64,000 nt of DNA. Origin: Euryarchaeota archaeon UBA443 (GTDB taxonomy: Archaea > Thermoplasmatota > Poseidoniia > Poseidoniales > Poseidoniaceae). The stretch is from assembly GCA_002499195.1 (NCBI GenBank), contig DAKS01000018.1:24905-88904 (forward strand), in the 5' to 3' direction. Shown in pieces: positions 54,804 through 63,442 of this stretch. The notes under the pieces are model-generated. The model saw only the letters and a list, made by a program, of their open reading frames with translations, did not search any database and had not been told where the DNA came from. The position numbers and the translations under genes are program-made. The first letter of the stretch is position 1. Each line of letters starts with the position of its first letter.

Positions 54804-55324
54804 TCGCCATCACGTTGTTCAATGTCGGTTTCAAATGTAATCGTTTCACTGAGGTTTTGTCCTTGAGGGACTTCTCCAGGTTTAGTACTCCAATCGATTT
54901 GGTCGATATGGTCCACGAATCTCATGACATTCAATCCAATGAAAACTTGAATTCCTGCATGAGTCCGATGAACCACCGGAGATACCTCTTCATGGAAGGT
55001 CGAATTCATTAGTTCACAAACATCTGCAAAGGTTCGTTGGCCATTGCATAATTCCCACAATACACTGTTTTTGTCCAGAAGAGGTCTACGTAATTCTCGA
55101 GGGGCTCTCATCAATTTCGCAAAAATTCGTTCAATGCGTCCGAACTGCTTTTCAAAACGTAGCACAACCGTCTTGCCAGTACATCCATCAACATCAGGAT
55201 GTGGCCCAGATTCTCCTGTACGGCACCACCAAACAGGAAGGCGAACAGGATATTTGTCCGCAAGTGGATGATTTTCGAGGTCTACAAGTTCCATAATAAC
55301 CCTCAGAAATCCGTCCATGTCCAT
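54800..55324 (-). CDS. PqqD-like domain protein (putative peptide/protein-binding chaperone fold)
   Basis: LDKNSVLWELCNGQRTFADVCELMNSTF follows the PqqD pattern ([29 protein letters not shown] in Klebsiella PqqD). 174 aa, so longer than a stand-alone PqqD. Motif-level evidence only. Confidence 0.4.
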   Translation of the reverse strand: MDMDGFLRVIMELVDLENHPLADKYPVRLPVWWCRTGESGPHPDVDGCTGKTVVLRFEKQFGRIERIFAKLMRAPRELRRPLLDKNSVLWELCNGQRTFADVCELMNSTFHEEVSPVVHRTHAGIQVFIGLNVMRFVDHIDQIDWSTKPGEVPQGQNLSETITFETDIEQRDGD

Positions 55325-55494
55325 ATGACCAAACTTAGCATCGATACAATTCCACTCAATGCAGAAATGCGAACCAATTCTTGTCGCTGACTAAACTTGT
55401 CAAGGTACCAGGTGAGAATACCAAAAAATGCCACCGCCACCCAAAGGAAATACCAGATGGGACTGTCTTGGGCCATGTATCCCCATCTCGACAC
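55303..55494 (-). CDS. Small two-helix membrane protein (hypothetical)
   Basis: 63-aa ORF (GTG start; ATG at 55476) with two hydrophobic helices, IWYFLWVAVAFFGILTWYL and ALSGIVSMLSLVIWTW. It starts 9 nt after the giant surface protein gene and overlaps the next start by 22 nt. Confidence 0.3.
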   Translation of the reverse strand: MSRWGYMAQDSPIWYFLWVAVAFFGILTWYLDKFSQRQELVRISALSGIVSMLSLVIWTWTDF

Positions 55495-55503
55495 ATTTCA
55501 TGG

Positions 55504-58500
55504 CTATTTCCCTAGACGGTCTAGGTATTGCTGTCCATAGTGGATCCACTGTTCCATGCTCCAACCATCGGGTAATCCACCATCTGGTAATGGAGGTGTT
55601 GAGGTTTCTGTAGCGGCCTCTGTTACCACTTCCACAGTCGCTTGTGTAGGCACTGTTTGCACAATTGTTTGTTGGCTAATTGGAGGGCCTGAAATGAAGG
55701 TTTCTTCCTCAACAGGTGTGTTTCTCTGCTTGCGAGCAATGAAGAGAATCGCTATGAGAATTAAGACGCCAATCCCTACAGCAATGAGGGTTGGCCCATT
55801 GATATTCTTTGAAAAGAAACCTTCCTCAGCAGCAGGTTTCTCAAATTCATAATTTCGAGTATCAGAGAATTGAATCACTTCATCGATAGTCGATGCGGTC
55901 AGGACGACATCCCCGATATAGGGTCCTCCTAGGCGTTGTATTTCACAGCGAATATCTTTGAACGCTTCTGTATTCCTGGCATATGGAAGAGATGCGTTTA
56001 CAGTTTCATCATTCGCAATCAATGTCCCATCACACATCATCTGCCAATTTTCTGGATATGTGAACGAGTAAGTGATGTCTTCTGTTTGCGTTGACAAACT
56101 GGTAAGATTCAACCAAACTTCACCGATGGTATCGATTGTATTGTTCTTGGATTCAGATAGTTGCATCTCGATTTTTCGTTGCTGATCAACGGTGATAAGA
56201 TTTTGATGCTCAAATCTGATCACATCTCCTTCTTCGTTCAATCCGCCCTCAACAAACATGGTCACAACAATTCTTGTGTTAAGTGGGACATCATCGCCAA
56301 TCATCACATCGATGAACAATAATTTACTTGTTCCAGGTCCCATTGGGAATGTTAGAACTTCTCCAGATTCAGAAGTTGGCCCTCCAATTCCCGCTGTCAT
56401 AAATGCAACAACATCGTTTGTTGGAGGTGATGTTGAAAGTTCAAATCCAACGTCCATGCTTGATTCCAATGCATTTCCAACATTCATGACAGTACCATTT
56501 ATTGTTACAGTCGAGCCAACCATCGCATGATAATCTAAGGGCGAACCATTCAATTCAGGGAAGTTGATTCGCCCAGTTATCATATCAACTTGAACCTCAT
56601 TGTTATCGAGTTGAAGATCTTGACCTTCAGGTTCGACACCAATAGTAACTGAATGGAACTCACCACCGGCTTCGGTCATAGGGACAAAGAGAAGAATTTC
56701 AACTTGCTCGACATCACTACCTGCATATGAAACCCCCAGATCCAGTGTTGGAGCCTCAAGTATGACGCCATCTAATCTCAGGGAGTATGTCCACGATGAA
56801 GGTGCATCGATGAGATTGATGGAGACACTTGTTGGGCCATTCCCATAATTCGTTACTTCAAGCTCAATCGTTGTTGTACCACCTGGTTTGAGTTCCGATT
56901 CAGAAGACAATATTTCGATTCCAACATCATATAGCGTTTCAATCATGATGTTGTTATAGGACGGTCCTTCGTATTGCATACCACTTCTAATCGATGTGAG
57001 GACTGGTTTGATCTCTGGAGCCATATCATTGGCTTGGGCATTGTTTGGTGCGGTCAAAGCGATGTAGAAGGAGGTCGATGCTCCAGGATTGATAACTATA
57101 GGAGGACGTTGTTCGGCTTCAACCAGCCAACCAATCGCTGGAATAAAATCAACAGATAAATCGAAACTATCTTGTCGACTTGCTAAGTTCGTAAGTGTAT
57201 ATGTGATTTCAATCCGTTCTCCTGCTGAAAGCATCGTCAATTGACTTGAATCAATATTGAGATCGATCTCTGCATTTGAAATCATTGAAGCTTGGATAAC
57301 AATTGCTTCAGTTGTAGTTCTCGATGTGTCGTTTTGAGCAATCATCGTGAACCAGAAATCTCCAGTCTTGTCAGGTGTTTCTCCAGAGGGAACAGTCATT
57401 ACAAATTTCACAGATTGAATTTGATTAGGAATGAGTCGAATCGATGACGATTGGTCAAAAGCGAGATTGGCGTTCCAACCTTGGTCCATGGACTTGGGAG
57501 CAACCTGCAGATCAAAAACATCCGTCGCCTGGCCAATGTTTTCAACTTCTACGTAAAATGCACAAGATGATCCAGGAGCACATTTCGGTTTAACCTCCGG
57601 AACATGAATGTGGGGTATTCGGTCTGCAGAAACCTGAAACTGCATTTGTTCTTGAACTGAAAAACTAGGATTTTGTATGCTGGTTGCCATAAATGTGAGG
57701 GGGACAAATCCAACACTAGCGTTAGGACTTGGTTGTAATTTGACATCAATTTGCCTTGATTCACCGGGGAGTAATCGCACTCCTGTATTGGGGTTAACAC
57801 CAGCACCGCTTGGGAATGAAAACGCTACATTCCAATCGTTTGGTAAATTGGTTACCGATGGAACCAATGAGTCACTAATGTTCCCAGTATTGGTCAATTC
57901 CAATCTGACTTTGCCCCAAGAACCAGGAATTGAACCGTCTGTGAAAACTCCTGATACATCTAGATTGTACTCTTCGGTTCGAGCAGATTGGTCGTAAACG
58001 ATAACAAAATCATCAAACCAATAACCGATATCAGTTCCCGATGAATCACTTGAAAACGTAAATTTAAATCGAGAATTAGAATGGAAATGTGTTGTTGCAT
58101 CGGCTGGAATTAATGGTGTTGTATGCCCCATATTATTGTTAGAAATCGTTTGCCAATTGGACAATGTCGCGCCAACAGTTCCTGCAATGGTTGCTAATTC
58201 ATCCCAGTTTCCTTGGTTATCGAAAGCATAGACTTTCATGGCATCGTTTTGTTGAGCGCTTCCAGCATAAAAGAAAGTCAGACCATTTGTTCTTGTTGGA
58301 CTCGAAACAATGTCGCTCATATCCCAAATTGGCGTCATTAAATCGGTTTGCAGGTTGTTGGTATAGGATCCAGATTGCCCCTGTCCAATATGGCATGATT
58401 GCCCCATACTCAGCGCGGTATCTGTGCTGGTTCCCCAATATGGACCGGCATTCCAACCAACGAGCGATGTGCATGTGAAGTAGAAATTTGCAACTGTATA

Positions 58501-59025
58501 ATGCCGATTCAGTGCATCGTTAGATGGGTTATCATCGACTCCTTGGAACGATGGAGTTACAACAAGTGTGTGATTGCCTGAATAATTGACATAGACGTTG
58601 TTAAAAGTCGCAGTACCTTGTCCATTGGCCGATAGGCTATTCATCGTAACGGAACGGTTTGCTAACTCAAATCTTTCGTATTCGTTATGGAGTACAAGCA
58701 TTTGAAGCGTTATGATTCCTGATGGCGTATTCCCATTATTTCGCACGGTCACTTCGATATCCATTGGGGTTGAATTAACCGTATCGACAACGAACAGACT
58801 TTCGGGCCGATCGAACCCGAGAATTGGATGATTCGATGAGAACATCTTGTACTGTGATTCATCGCTAGGATTCGAGTATCGAATGGATACATCGGTAGCA
58901 GATAGGTCAACACCGCTGTTTTTTGAAGTCCTGTGGACCTCATCAGGGGGGAGAATTTCAACATTGGAAATGGGTTGCAGGAGCAGCAGTACGATAAGCA
59001 CCCCTACCACACCGAACCTTGGCAT
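55504..59025 (-). CDS. Giant cell-surface protein with repeated CARDB/NEW3-like beta-sandwich domains and C-terminal anchor (S-layer/adhesin candidate)
   Basis: Signal-like N-terminus VVGVLIVLLLLQPISN. The v.v.N.GN....f.l motif recurs (VTVRNNGNTPSG, LELTNTGNISDS, VEVENIGQATDVFDL...GWNANL, LEVTNYGNGPTS, GTVMNVGNALES). C-terminal helix LIAVGIGVLILIAILFIA followed by RKQR. Confidence 0.6.
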   Translation of the reverse strand: MPRFGVVGVLIVLLLLQPISNVEILPPDEVHRTSKNSGVDLSATDVSIRYSNPSDESQYKMFSSNHPILGFDRPESLFVVDTVNSTPMDIEVTVRNNGNTPSGIITLQMLVLHNEYERFELANRSVTMNSLSANGQGTATFNNVYVNYSGNHTLVVTPSFQGVDDNPSNDALNRHYTVANFYFTCTSLVGWNAGPYWGTSTDTALSMGQSCHIGQGQSGSYTNNLQTDLMTPIWDMSDIVSSPTRTNGLTFFYAGSAQQNDAMKVYAFDNQGNWDELATIAGTVGATLSNWQTISNNNMGHTTPLIPADATTHFHSNSRFKFTFSSDSSGTDIGYWFDDFVIVYDQSARTEEYNLDVSGVFTDGSIPGSWGKVRLELTNTGNISDSLVPSVTNLPNDWNVAFSFPSGAGVNPNTGVRLLPGESRQIDVKLQPSPNASVGFVPLTFMATSIQNPSFSVQEQMQFQVSADRIPHIHVPEVKPKCAPGSSCAFYVEVENIGQATDVFDLQVAPKSMDQGWNANLAFDQSSSIRLIPNQIQSVKFVMTVPSGETPDKTGDFWFTMIAQNDTSRTTTEAIVIQASMISNAEIDLNIDSSQLTMLSAGERIEITYTLTNLASRQDSFDLSVDFIPAIGWLVEAEQRPPIVINPGASTSFYIALTAPNNAQANDMAPEIKPVLTSIRSGMQYEGPSYNNIMIETLYDVGIEILSSESELKPGGTTTIELEVTNYGNGPTSVSINLIDAPSSWTYSLRLDGVILEAPTLDLGVSYAGSDVEQVEILLFVPMTEAGGEFHSVTIGVEPEGQDLQLDNNEVQVDMITGRINFPELNGSPLDYHAMVGSTVTINGTVMNVGNALESSMDVGFELSTSPPTNDVVAFMTAGIGGPTSESGEVLTFPMGPGTSKLLFIDVMIGDDVPLNTRIVVTMFVEGGLNEEGDVIRFEHQNLITVDQQRKIEMQLSESKNNTIDTIGEVWLNLTSLSTQTEDITYSFTYPENWQMMCDGTLIANDETVNASLPYARNTEAFKDIRCEIQRLGGPYIGDVVLTASTIDEVIQFSDTRNYEFEKPAAEEGFFSKNINGPTLIAVGIGVLILIAILFIARKQRNTPVEEETFISGPPISQQTIVQTVPTQATVEVVTEAATETSTPPLPDGGLPDGWSMEQWIHYGQQYLDRLGK

Positions 59026-59054
59026 GTTGGTGAATTTGCTTTTACGTATTTGAT

Positions 59055-59876
59055 TTATTCGTTAGCATGTTCTTCGGTTGCTATCCTGAGTTTCTCTTCA
59101 TTTCGTCGCTCTTTGGCTCGAGCTGCAAAGTAAACGGTAAACGAAGGGATCAGGACCATTGAAAAACAACCAACAACGGCGGCAAGTGCCCAGAGAAATT
59201 CAGTTGCTGCATCGATTTCGAAAATTGCAATATTAGCAAACTCTTCATTGACAGTGTGGATGTTGACTTGTGGTTGAACCGATTTATCTCCTGGTTCAAT
59301 AATCTGGATGACGATTTGAGAGGGTTCGTGCGAATAGTTGATTTCTTTTCTGGCTAATTCTTCTGCCTCTGATAAACTGTCTGCATAAACGGTCCCATTC
59401 GATCTTCGTGCTGGATCTGTCGAAGTTAAGGATTGGATATTCACTTGACTTGAATCGGCTTCGACCTCTATGGATTCAGTATAGGTACAGTGTTCGGAAC
59501 ATCTAAAATCAACAGTTTTGCCATCGACTTCGACTTCTGCATCGGGGACACCAAGGAATGGATGAGAATACAATTTTCCTTCATTTGTCATTTTTACGAT
59601 GGCTCCACTGGCTAAGTTGTCAATGGTCATATTGATCCATGTAAGGTTTTGACCATCTGGAGATACTGTACCAATCCAAGTTGTTTCGTTGTTTTGAAAC
59701 ACCTTCGTGAGTTCGATATCTTCGAAAGAATTGTCTGTTGCCTCGGTTTCGTAGATGTAATAGTTTGGCGAAATCGTGGCCCCATACACTGCATATGATA
59801 GTAAAACAATGAGTGTAAGAGATAAACCGATGAGGGTTCTCAGAAGGTTTGGATTTTGGGCGAGAGCCTTCTTCAT
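59055..59876 (-). CDS. Bitopic/exported protein with N- and C-terminal hydrophobic helices, function unknown
   Basis: The ATG at 59876 (MKKALAQNPNLLRTLIGLSLTLIVLL) is preferred to the GTG at 59915. C-terminal helix LAAVVGCFSMVLIPSFTVYFA followed by ARAKERR. Lies 29 nt upstream of the giant surface protein gene. Confidence 0.45.
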   Translation of the reverse strand: MKKALAQNPNLLRTLIGLSLTLIVLLSYAVYGATISPNYYIYETEATDNSFEDIELTKVFQNNETTWIGTVSPDGQNLTWINMTIDNLASGAIVKMTNEGKLYSHPFLGVPDAEVEVDGKTVDFRCSEHCTYTESIEVEADSSQVNIQSLTSTDPARRSNGTVYADSLSEAEELARKEINYSHEPSQIVIQIIEPGDKSVQPQVNIHTVNEEFANIAIFEIDAATEFLWALAAVVGCFSMVLIPSFTVYFAARAKERRNEEKLRIATEEHANE

Positions 59877-60011
59877 TATACCTCCGAAAACGAAGCCATT
59901 GAAGAACACTTGCACGAGTCCAAAATCACAGGGATGCTCTTCAATCGTAGGTGCTAATCGCCCGCTTTATTCAAATAGGGGAGATAAGTCGCAAGGTTGC
60001 TTGGTGTAGTT

Positions 60012-60506
60012 ATGACGACGTTTTACGATGTACCTGCCAATTTTCTGATACCCGCTCTTGCTGAACAATTGAAGAGCAATGATGCGATTAAGATGCCAGA
60101 ATGGGCCGATGTTGTCAAGACTGGTTCCTCTCGCGAGCGTCCACCGACTCAAACCGACTGGTGGTACACCCGTGGAGCCGCTCTTCTCCGAAAGATTGCT
60201 CGACAAGGACCAATCGGCGTTACGTCACTTTCACAAGAGTATGGCGGACGAAAGAACAACGGTTCAAAACCGAACACACCTGGAGTTGGATCACGTAAGG
60301 TCATTCGTATTCTTGTACAACAACTCGAAGATGCAGGTCTTGTCTCAACGCAATCCGGTCGCCTAGTTGAACCAGAAGGTCGTGAAGCCACACAACTCTA
60401 CAACGGTCGTATCATCACACCTGCTGGACATAAAATCCTCAACGAAGTCGCTCACAGCGTTCGTCCAGAAGTAGAAGCAGCCTACCCGGGCCTTGACAAG
60501 TATTGA
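60012..60506 (+). CDS. rps19e: 30S ribosomal protein S19e
   Basis: MTTFYDVPANFLIPALAEQLK...PEWADVVKTG..RERPP.Q.DWWYTRGAALLRK is the canonical S19e sequence. The ATG at 60012 lies inside the TTG-initiated ORF. Confidence 0.92.
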   Translation: MTTFYDVPANFLIPALAEQLKSNDAIKMPEWADVVKTGSSRERPPTQTDWWYTRGAALLRKIARQGPIGVTSLSQEYGGRKNNGSKPNTPGVGSRKVIRILVQQLEDAGLVSTQSGRLVEPEGREATQLYNGRIITPAGHKILNEVAHSVRPEVEAAYPGLDKY

Positions 60507-60520
60507 GTGGAAGTGAGTTC

Positions 60521-60886
60521 ATGACAAGTGTTGCAGACGATTCGATGGAACTAGAAGCGTTCCGTCAACGTCGACAACAAGAACTTCAACAACAACTTGA
60601 GCAACAAGCAAAGCAACAAGCTGCTGCAGAGGTTGAATCACAGGTTCAAGCACAAGAGCAACAAGCCCTTGATCAGGCAATGAAGACGATTCTTACTTCT
60701 GAAGCACGAAGTCGTCTTACCAATATCTCATTGGTCGATACCAACAAATCAGATTTGCTCAAGCGTCAATTGGTTTCACTACATGAGCAACAAAAAATCG
60801 CTATTCCAGTCAACGATGAACAGTTGAAGAAAATCCTAGCAGGACTATCCAAGAGCCGCAGAGATGCGTCTATCCGTAGAATCTAA
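60521..60886 (+). CDS. PDCD5-like double-stranded-DNA-binding protein
   Basis: Gln/Glu-rich N-terminus followed by ILTSEARSRLTNISLVDTNKSDLLKRQLVSL. It occupies the conserved archaeal position between S19e and L39e. Confidence 0.8.
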   Translation: MTSVADDSMELEAFRQRRQQELQQQLEQQAKQQAAAEVESQVQAQEQQALDQAMKTILTSEARSRLTNISLVDTNKSDLLKRQLVSLHEQQKIAIPVNDEQLKKILAGLSKSRRDASIRRI

Positions 60887-60901
60887 GAGGGGTGCTCGAA
60901 T

Positions 60902-61057
60902 ATGTCAAAAAATAAACCAGCAGCAAAGAAAATTCGCCTGATGAAGGCAGGAAAGCAGAACCGCCGTGTCCCTGTATGGGTCATGCTAAAAACGAACAGA
61001 AAAACAGTGTCTCATCCAAAGAGACACCACTGGCGACGTAGCAAGTTGCAGCGATGA
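60902..61057 (+). CDS. rpl39e: 50S ribosomal protein L39e
   Basis: Not in the ORF track (51 aa). My own translation is [51 protein letters not shown], which closely matches the L39e consensus ([15 protein letters not shown]...HPKRR.WRR.KL). Confidence 0.85.
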   Translation: MSKNKPAAKKIRLMKAGKQNRRVPVWVMLKTNRKTVSHPKRHHWRRSKLQR

Positions 61058-61068
61058 GGTGAATTCCA

Positions 61069-61347
61069 ATGGCAAGAGCAGCAACATCAGAATTGATAGT
61101 ACCGCTACGAAAGGCGTGGAATATTACTCGTTTCAAGCGAGCACCGCGTGCGATTCAAATCATTCGTGACGAAGTCATTCGTCATCTCAAGGTTCTTCCT
61201 GAAGAGGAAATTTACATCGATCCTTCGGTCAACGAGAAAATATGGGAACGTGGAATAGAAAATCCACCTAGAAAGATTCGTTTGACCGTTATTCGACACG
61301 ATGAACCAGATATTCCTATCGAAGTCAAATTGTATGAGGAGGCCTGA
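61069..61347 (+). CDS. rpl31e: 50S ribosomal protein L31e
   Basis: VPLRKAW...[19 protein letters not shown]....[25 protein letters not shown] is typical L31e. Confidence 0.9.
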   Translation: MARAATSELIVPLRKAWNITRFKRAPRAIQIIRDEVIRHLKVLPEEEIYIDPSVNEKIWERGIENPPRKIRLTVIRHDEPDIPIEVKLYEEA

Positions 61348-61349
61348 AA

Positions 61350-61541
61350 ATGGGTAACATTCGACCAAGTTTTATCAAAATCCGCGCTATTCGACTTGTT
61401 GAAGAACATGGTGAGAAATTCACTGATGACTTTGATCATAACAAGAAGATGGTTGAGGAATTGACCGATGTAAGTACAAAGAAGCTGCGCAACTGGATTG
61501 CTGGCTACGTTACTCGTTACCGTCAACGCCGAACCGATTGA
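61350..61541 (+). CDS. rps17e: 30S ribosomal protein S17e
   Basis: [56 protein letters not shown] matches the S17e consensus (MGNIRP.FIKR.A..L......FT.DFE.NKK.V.E). Confidence 0.85.
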   Translation: MGNIRPSFIKIRAIRLVEEHGEKFTDDFDHNKKMVEELTDVSTKKLRNWIAGYVTRYRQRRTD

Positions 61542-61776
61542 TGGGGTCATTGTTGTGCCCATTAGGGTTGATTGGAACAGAACACCAGTTTCTGTTCATT
61601 CCCCTGAACAAGAATCACTTGAACAATTGATTCTATACTTACGCAATACATACAACGTTCGTAGGCGTTCATTGGTCATGCCAGATCGTGAGCGAGGTGG
61701 TTTTCTATTTTTCATTTATCAGGCTTGCAATCCATTATGGATTGCTGAGTTCGTCCAACGTCAGGAGGAAGAATAG
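61498..61776 (+). CDS. Small hypothetical protein (start unresolved)
   Basis: ORF fills the gap between rps17e and the SpoU methyltransferase gene. The TTG at 61498 would overlap rps17e by 44 nt; an in-frame GTG at 61555 avoids that. No recognisable motif. Confidence 0.25.
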   Translation: MLATLLVTVNAEPIDGVIVVPIRVDWNRTPVSVHSPEQESLEQLILYLRNTYNVRRRSLVMPDRERGGFLFFIYQACNPLWIAEFVQRQEEE

Positions 61777-62612
61777 TGGGTGAACGTACTGACCTACCAT
61801 TACCTGAATCAGCATACACGCTACATGTTGTCATGGTAGGGATTCAACATCCTGGTAATTTGGGTGCCGTATGTCGTTCTCTTCTTAATCATGGCTTCGA
61901 TTCTCTACGTCTGGTTCAACCTAAATGCCACCCTGACGATATTGAGGCAAGAAACCGTGCTAAACATGCAGGACGAATATTGGATACGTGCAAAATCTAT
62001 GAATCATTTGAAGAAGCTATTGCTGATTGTTCTCTAGTCGTTGGTACATCTGGTAAACGTGAAATCGGTGATAAGACTCAAAAGCGCCATTTCATGTATC
62101 CATGGGAATTTTCTGAACGCATCTCAGGTTTGGAGCAATCCATTGCGCTAGTGTTTGGAGAAGAGGGTAAGGGTTTGAGTACGGATGATCTCTTGCGATG
62201 TGACTATCTTGTAACATTACCAACTTGGGAAGGTTATCCAATAACTAATCTCAGCCATGCTGTTCATACACTAACCTACGAACTTCATAGACATAGAGTA
62301 TTAGAGCGCCAGGGACAAGACGCTGCTCTTCCAGCCATCGTACCAATCCAGAGAGGAATCTCTCCTGAGCAGCGGAATGTTCTGAGAAAATCTGTTGAAG
62401 ATATTGCCCGATATCTTCCCGGTGGTGATGAACGACGCATCTCATTCACACATTCACTCATCCGTGCACTACAGCGCTCTGGATTGGAAACCGATCAAAC
62501 CAATCGATTGATAGGAGGATTTGTTGATGCTTCAACCGCTCTAGAATTTGCCGCGAATAGCGATAATTGGCGATCAAATCGTCGTCGCCGAGTCATTCTC
62601 GAAGAGGAATGA
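61776..62612 (+). CDS. SpoU/TrmH-family RNA 2'-O-methyltransferase (TrmJ-like)
   Basis: VVMVGIQHPGNLGAVCRSLLNHGF..LRLVQP, LVFGEEGKGLSTDDL and CDYLVTLP are the SPOUT class motifs. GTG start. Confidence 0.8.
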   Translation: MGERTDLPLPESAYTLHVVMVGIQHPGNLGAVCRSLLNHGFDSLRLVQPKCHPDDIEARNRAKHAGRILDTCKIYESFEEAIADCSLVVGTSGKREIGDKTQKRHFMYPWEFSERISGLEQSIALVFGEEGKGLSTDDLLRCDYLVTLPTWEGYPITNLSHAVHTLTYELHRHRVLERQGQDAALPAIVPIQRGISPEQRNVLRKSVEDIARYLPGGDERRISFTHSLIRALQRSGLETDQTNRLIGGFVDASTALEFAANSDNWRSNRRRRVILEEE

Positions 62613-63062
62613 TCAAGCGTACCATGAAGCCCAACTTTTCGGTGTTTCTCGTACATGCATAGCAACTAGCCGAAGTCGATTTCCATAGATTGTTTGAATA
62701 TGTGGTTCAATTTGTTCAAATGCCCATTTTGCTAGATTTTCAGCTGTCGGTATAAACGGTACAACAACGGTACGATGTTCTGCTGATAATCCTGATAGAA
62801 CCCTTCTTGCTTCTTCATCACCTTCGTAAACGACAAATGCATGGTCGACTACATCATGAATGTGAATTGTAAGAATTTCACTTACATCACTAAAATCCAT
62901 CAACATTCCTTCTTCGCTTACACCTGATGTTTCTACAATATCTCCTTCTATCTCAGCTTCAAATCGATATCGATGACCATGGAAATGTTTGCATTTGCTC
63001 TTATGGTTTGGAACTCTATGTCCAGTATCTGTTTCTACATATCGTCGTATCCTAGTTGTCAT
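62613..63062 (-). CDS. queD: 6-carboxy-5,6,7,8-tetrahydropterin synthase
   Basis: [23 protein letters not shown] (Cys plus the His triad region) and ETPKSWASW at the C-terminus. 149 aa. Confidence 0.85.
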   Translation of the reverse strand: MTTRIRRYVETDTGHRVPNHKSKCKHFHGHRYRFEAEIEGDIVETSGVSEEGMLMDFSDVSEILTIHIHDVVDHAFVVYEGDEEARRVLSGLSAEHRTVVVPFIPTAENLAKWAFEQIEPHIQTIYGNRLRLVAMHVRETPKSWASWYA

Positions 63063-63442
63063 TCATTCACCTCGAATTTCATTGCAGCACTATTGATGCA
63101 GTAACGTTCCCCTCCATGTTGTCGAGGACCGTCATTGAAGACATGGCCAAGATGAGCGTCACATTTTCCGCATCTAACCTCAACCCGTGTCATTCCATGA
63201 GATGTATCGATAATCCGTTTGATAGCAGCCTCATGATGCTCGCTATGGAAAGCAGGCCAACCACAACCTGAATCAAATTTCATTTGATCAGTGAAGAGTT
63301 TGGTTTCACAAACTATACAGAAGTAATCTCCCTTACGATACTCTTTATTCAATGCTCCAGTGAATGGGCGTTCAGTTCCATTTTGTTGAGTAACATAATA
63401 CGATAATTCGGATAGGGCAGCGATTCTATCATCTATATTCAT
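63059..63442 (-). CDS. msrB: Peptide-methionine (R)-S-oxide reductase
   Basis: [11 protein letters not shown] (CxxC), [24 protein letters not shown] and RYCINS are all canonical MsrB motifs. Confidence 0.92.
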   Translation of the reverse strand: MNIDDRIAALSELSYYVTQQNGTERPFTGALNKEYRKGDYFCIVCETKLFTDQMKFDSGCGWPAFHSEHHEAAIKRIIDTSHGMTRVEVRCGKCDAHLGHVFNDGPRQHGGERYCINSAAMKFEVNE

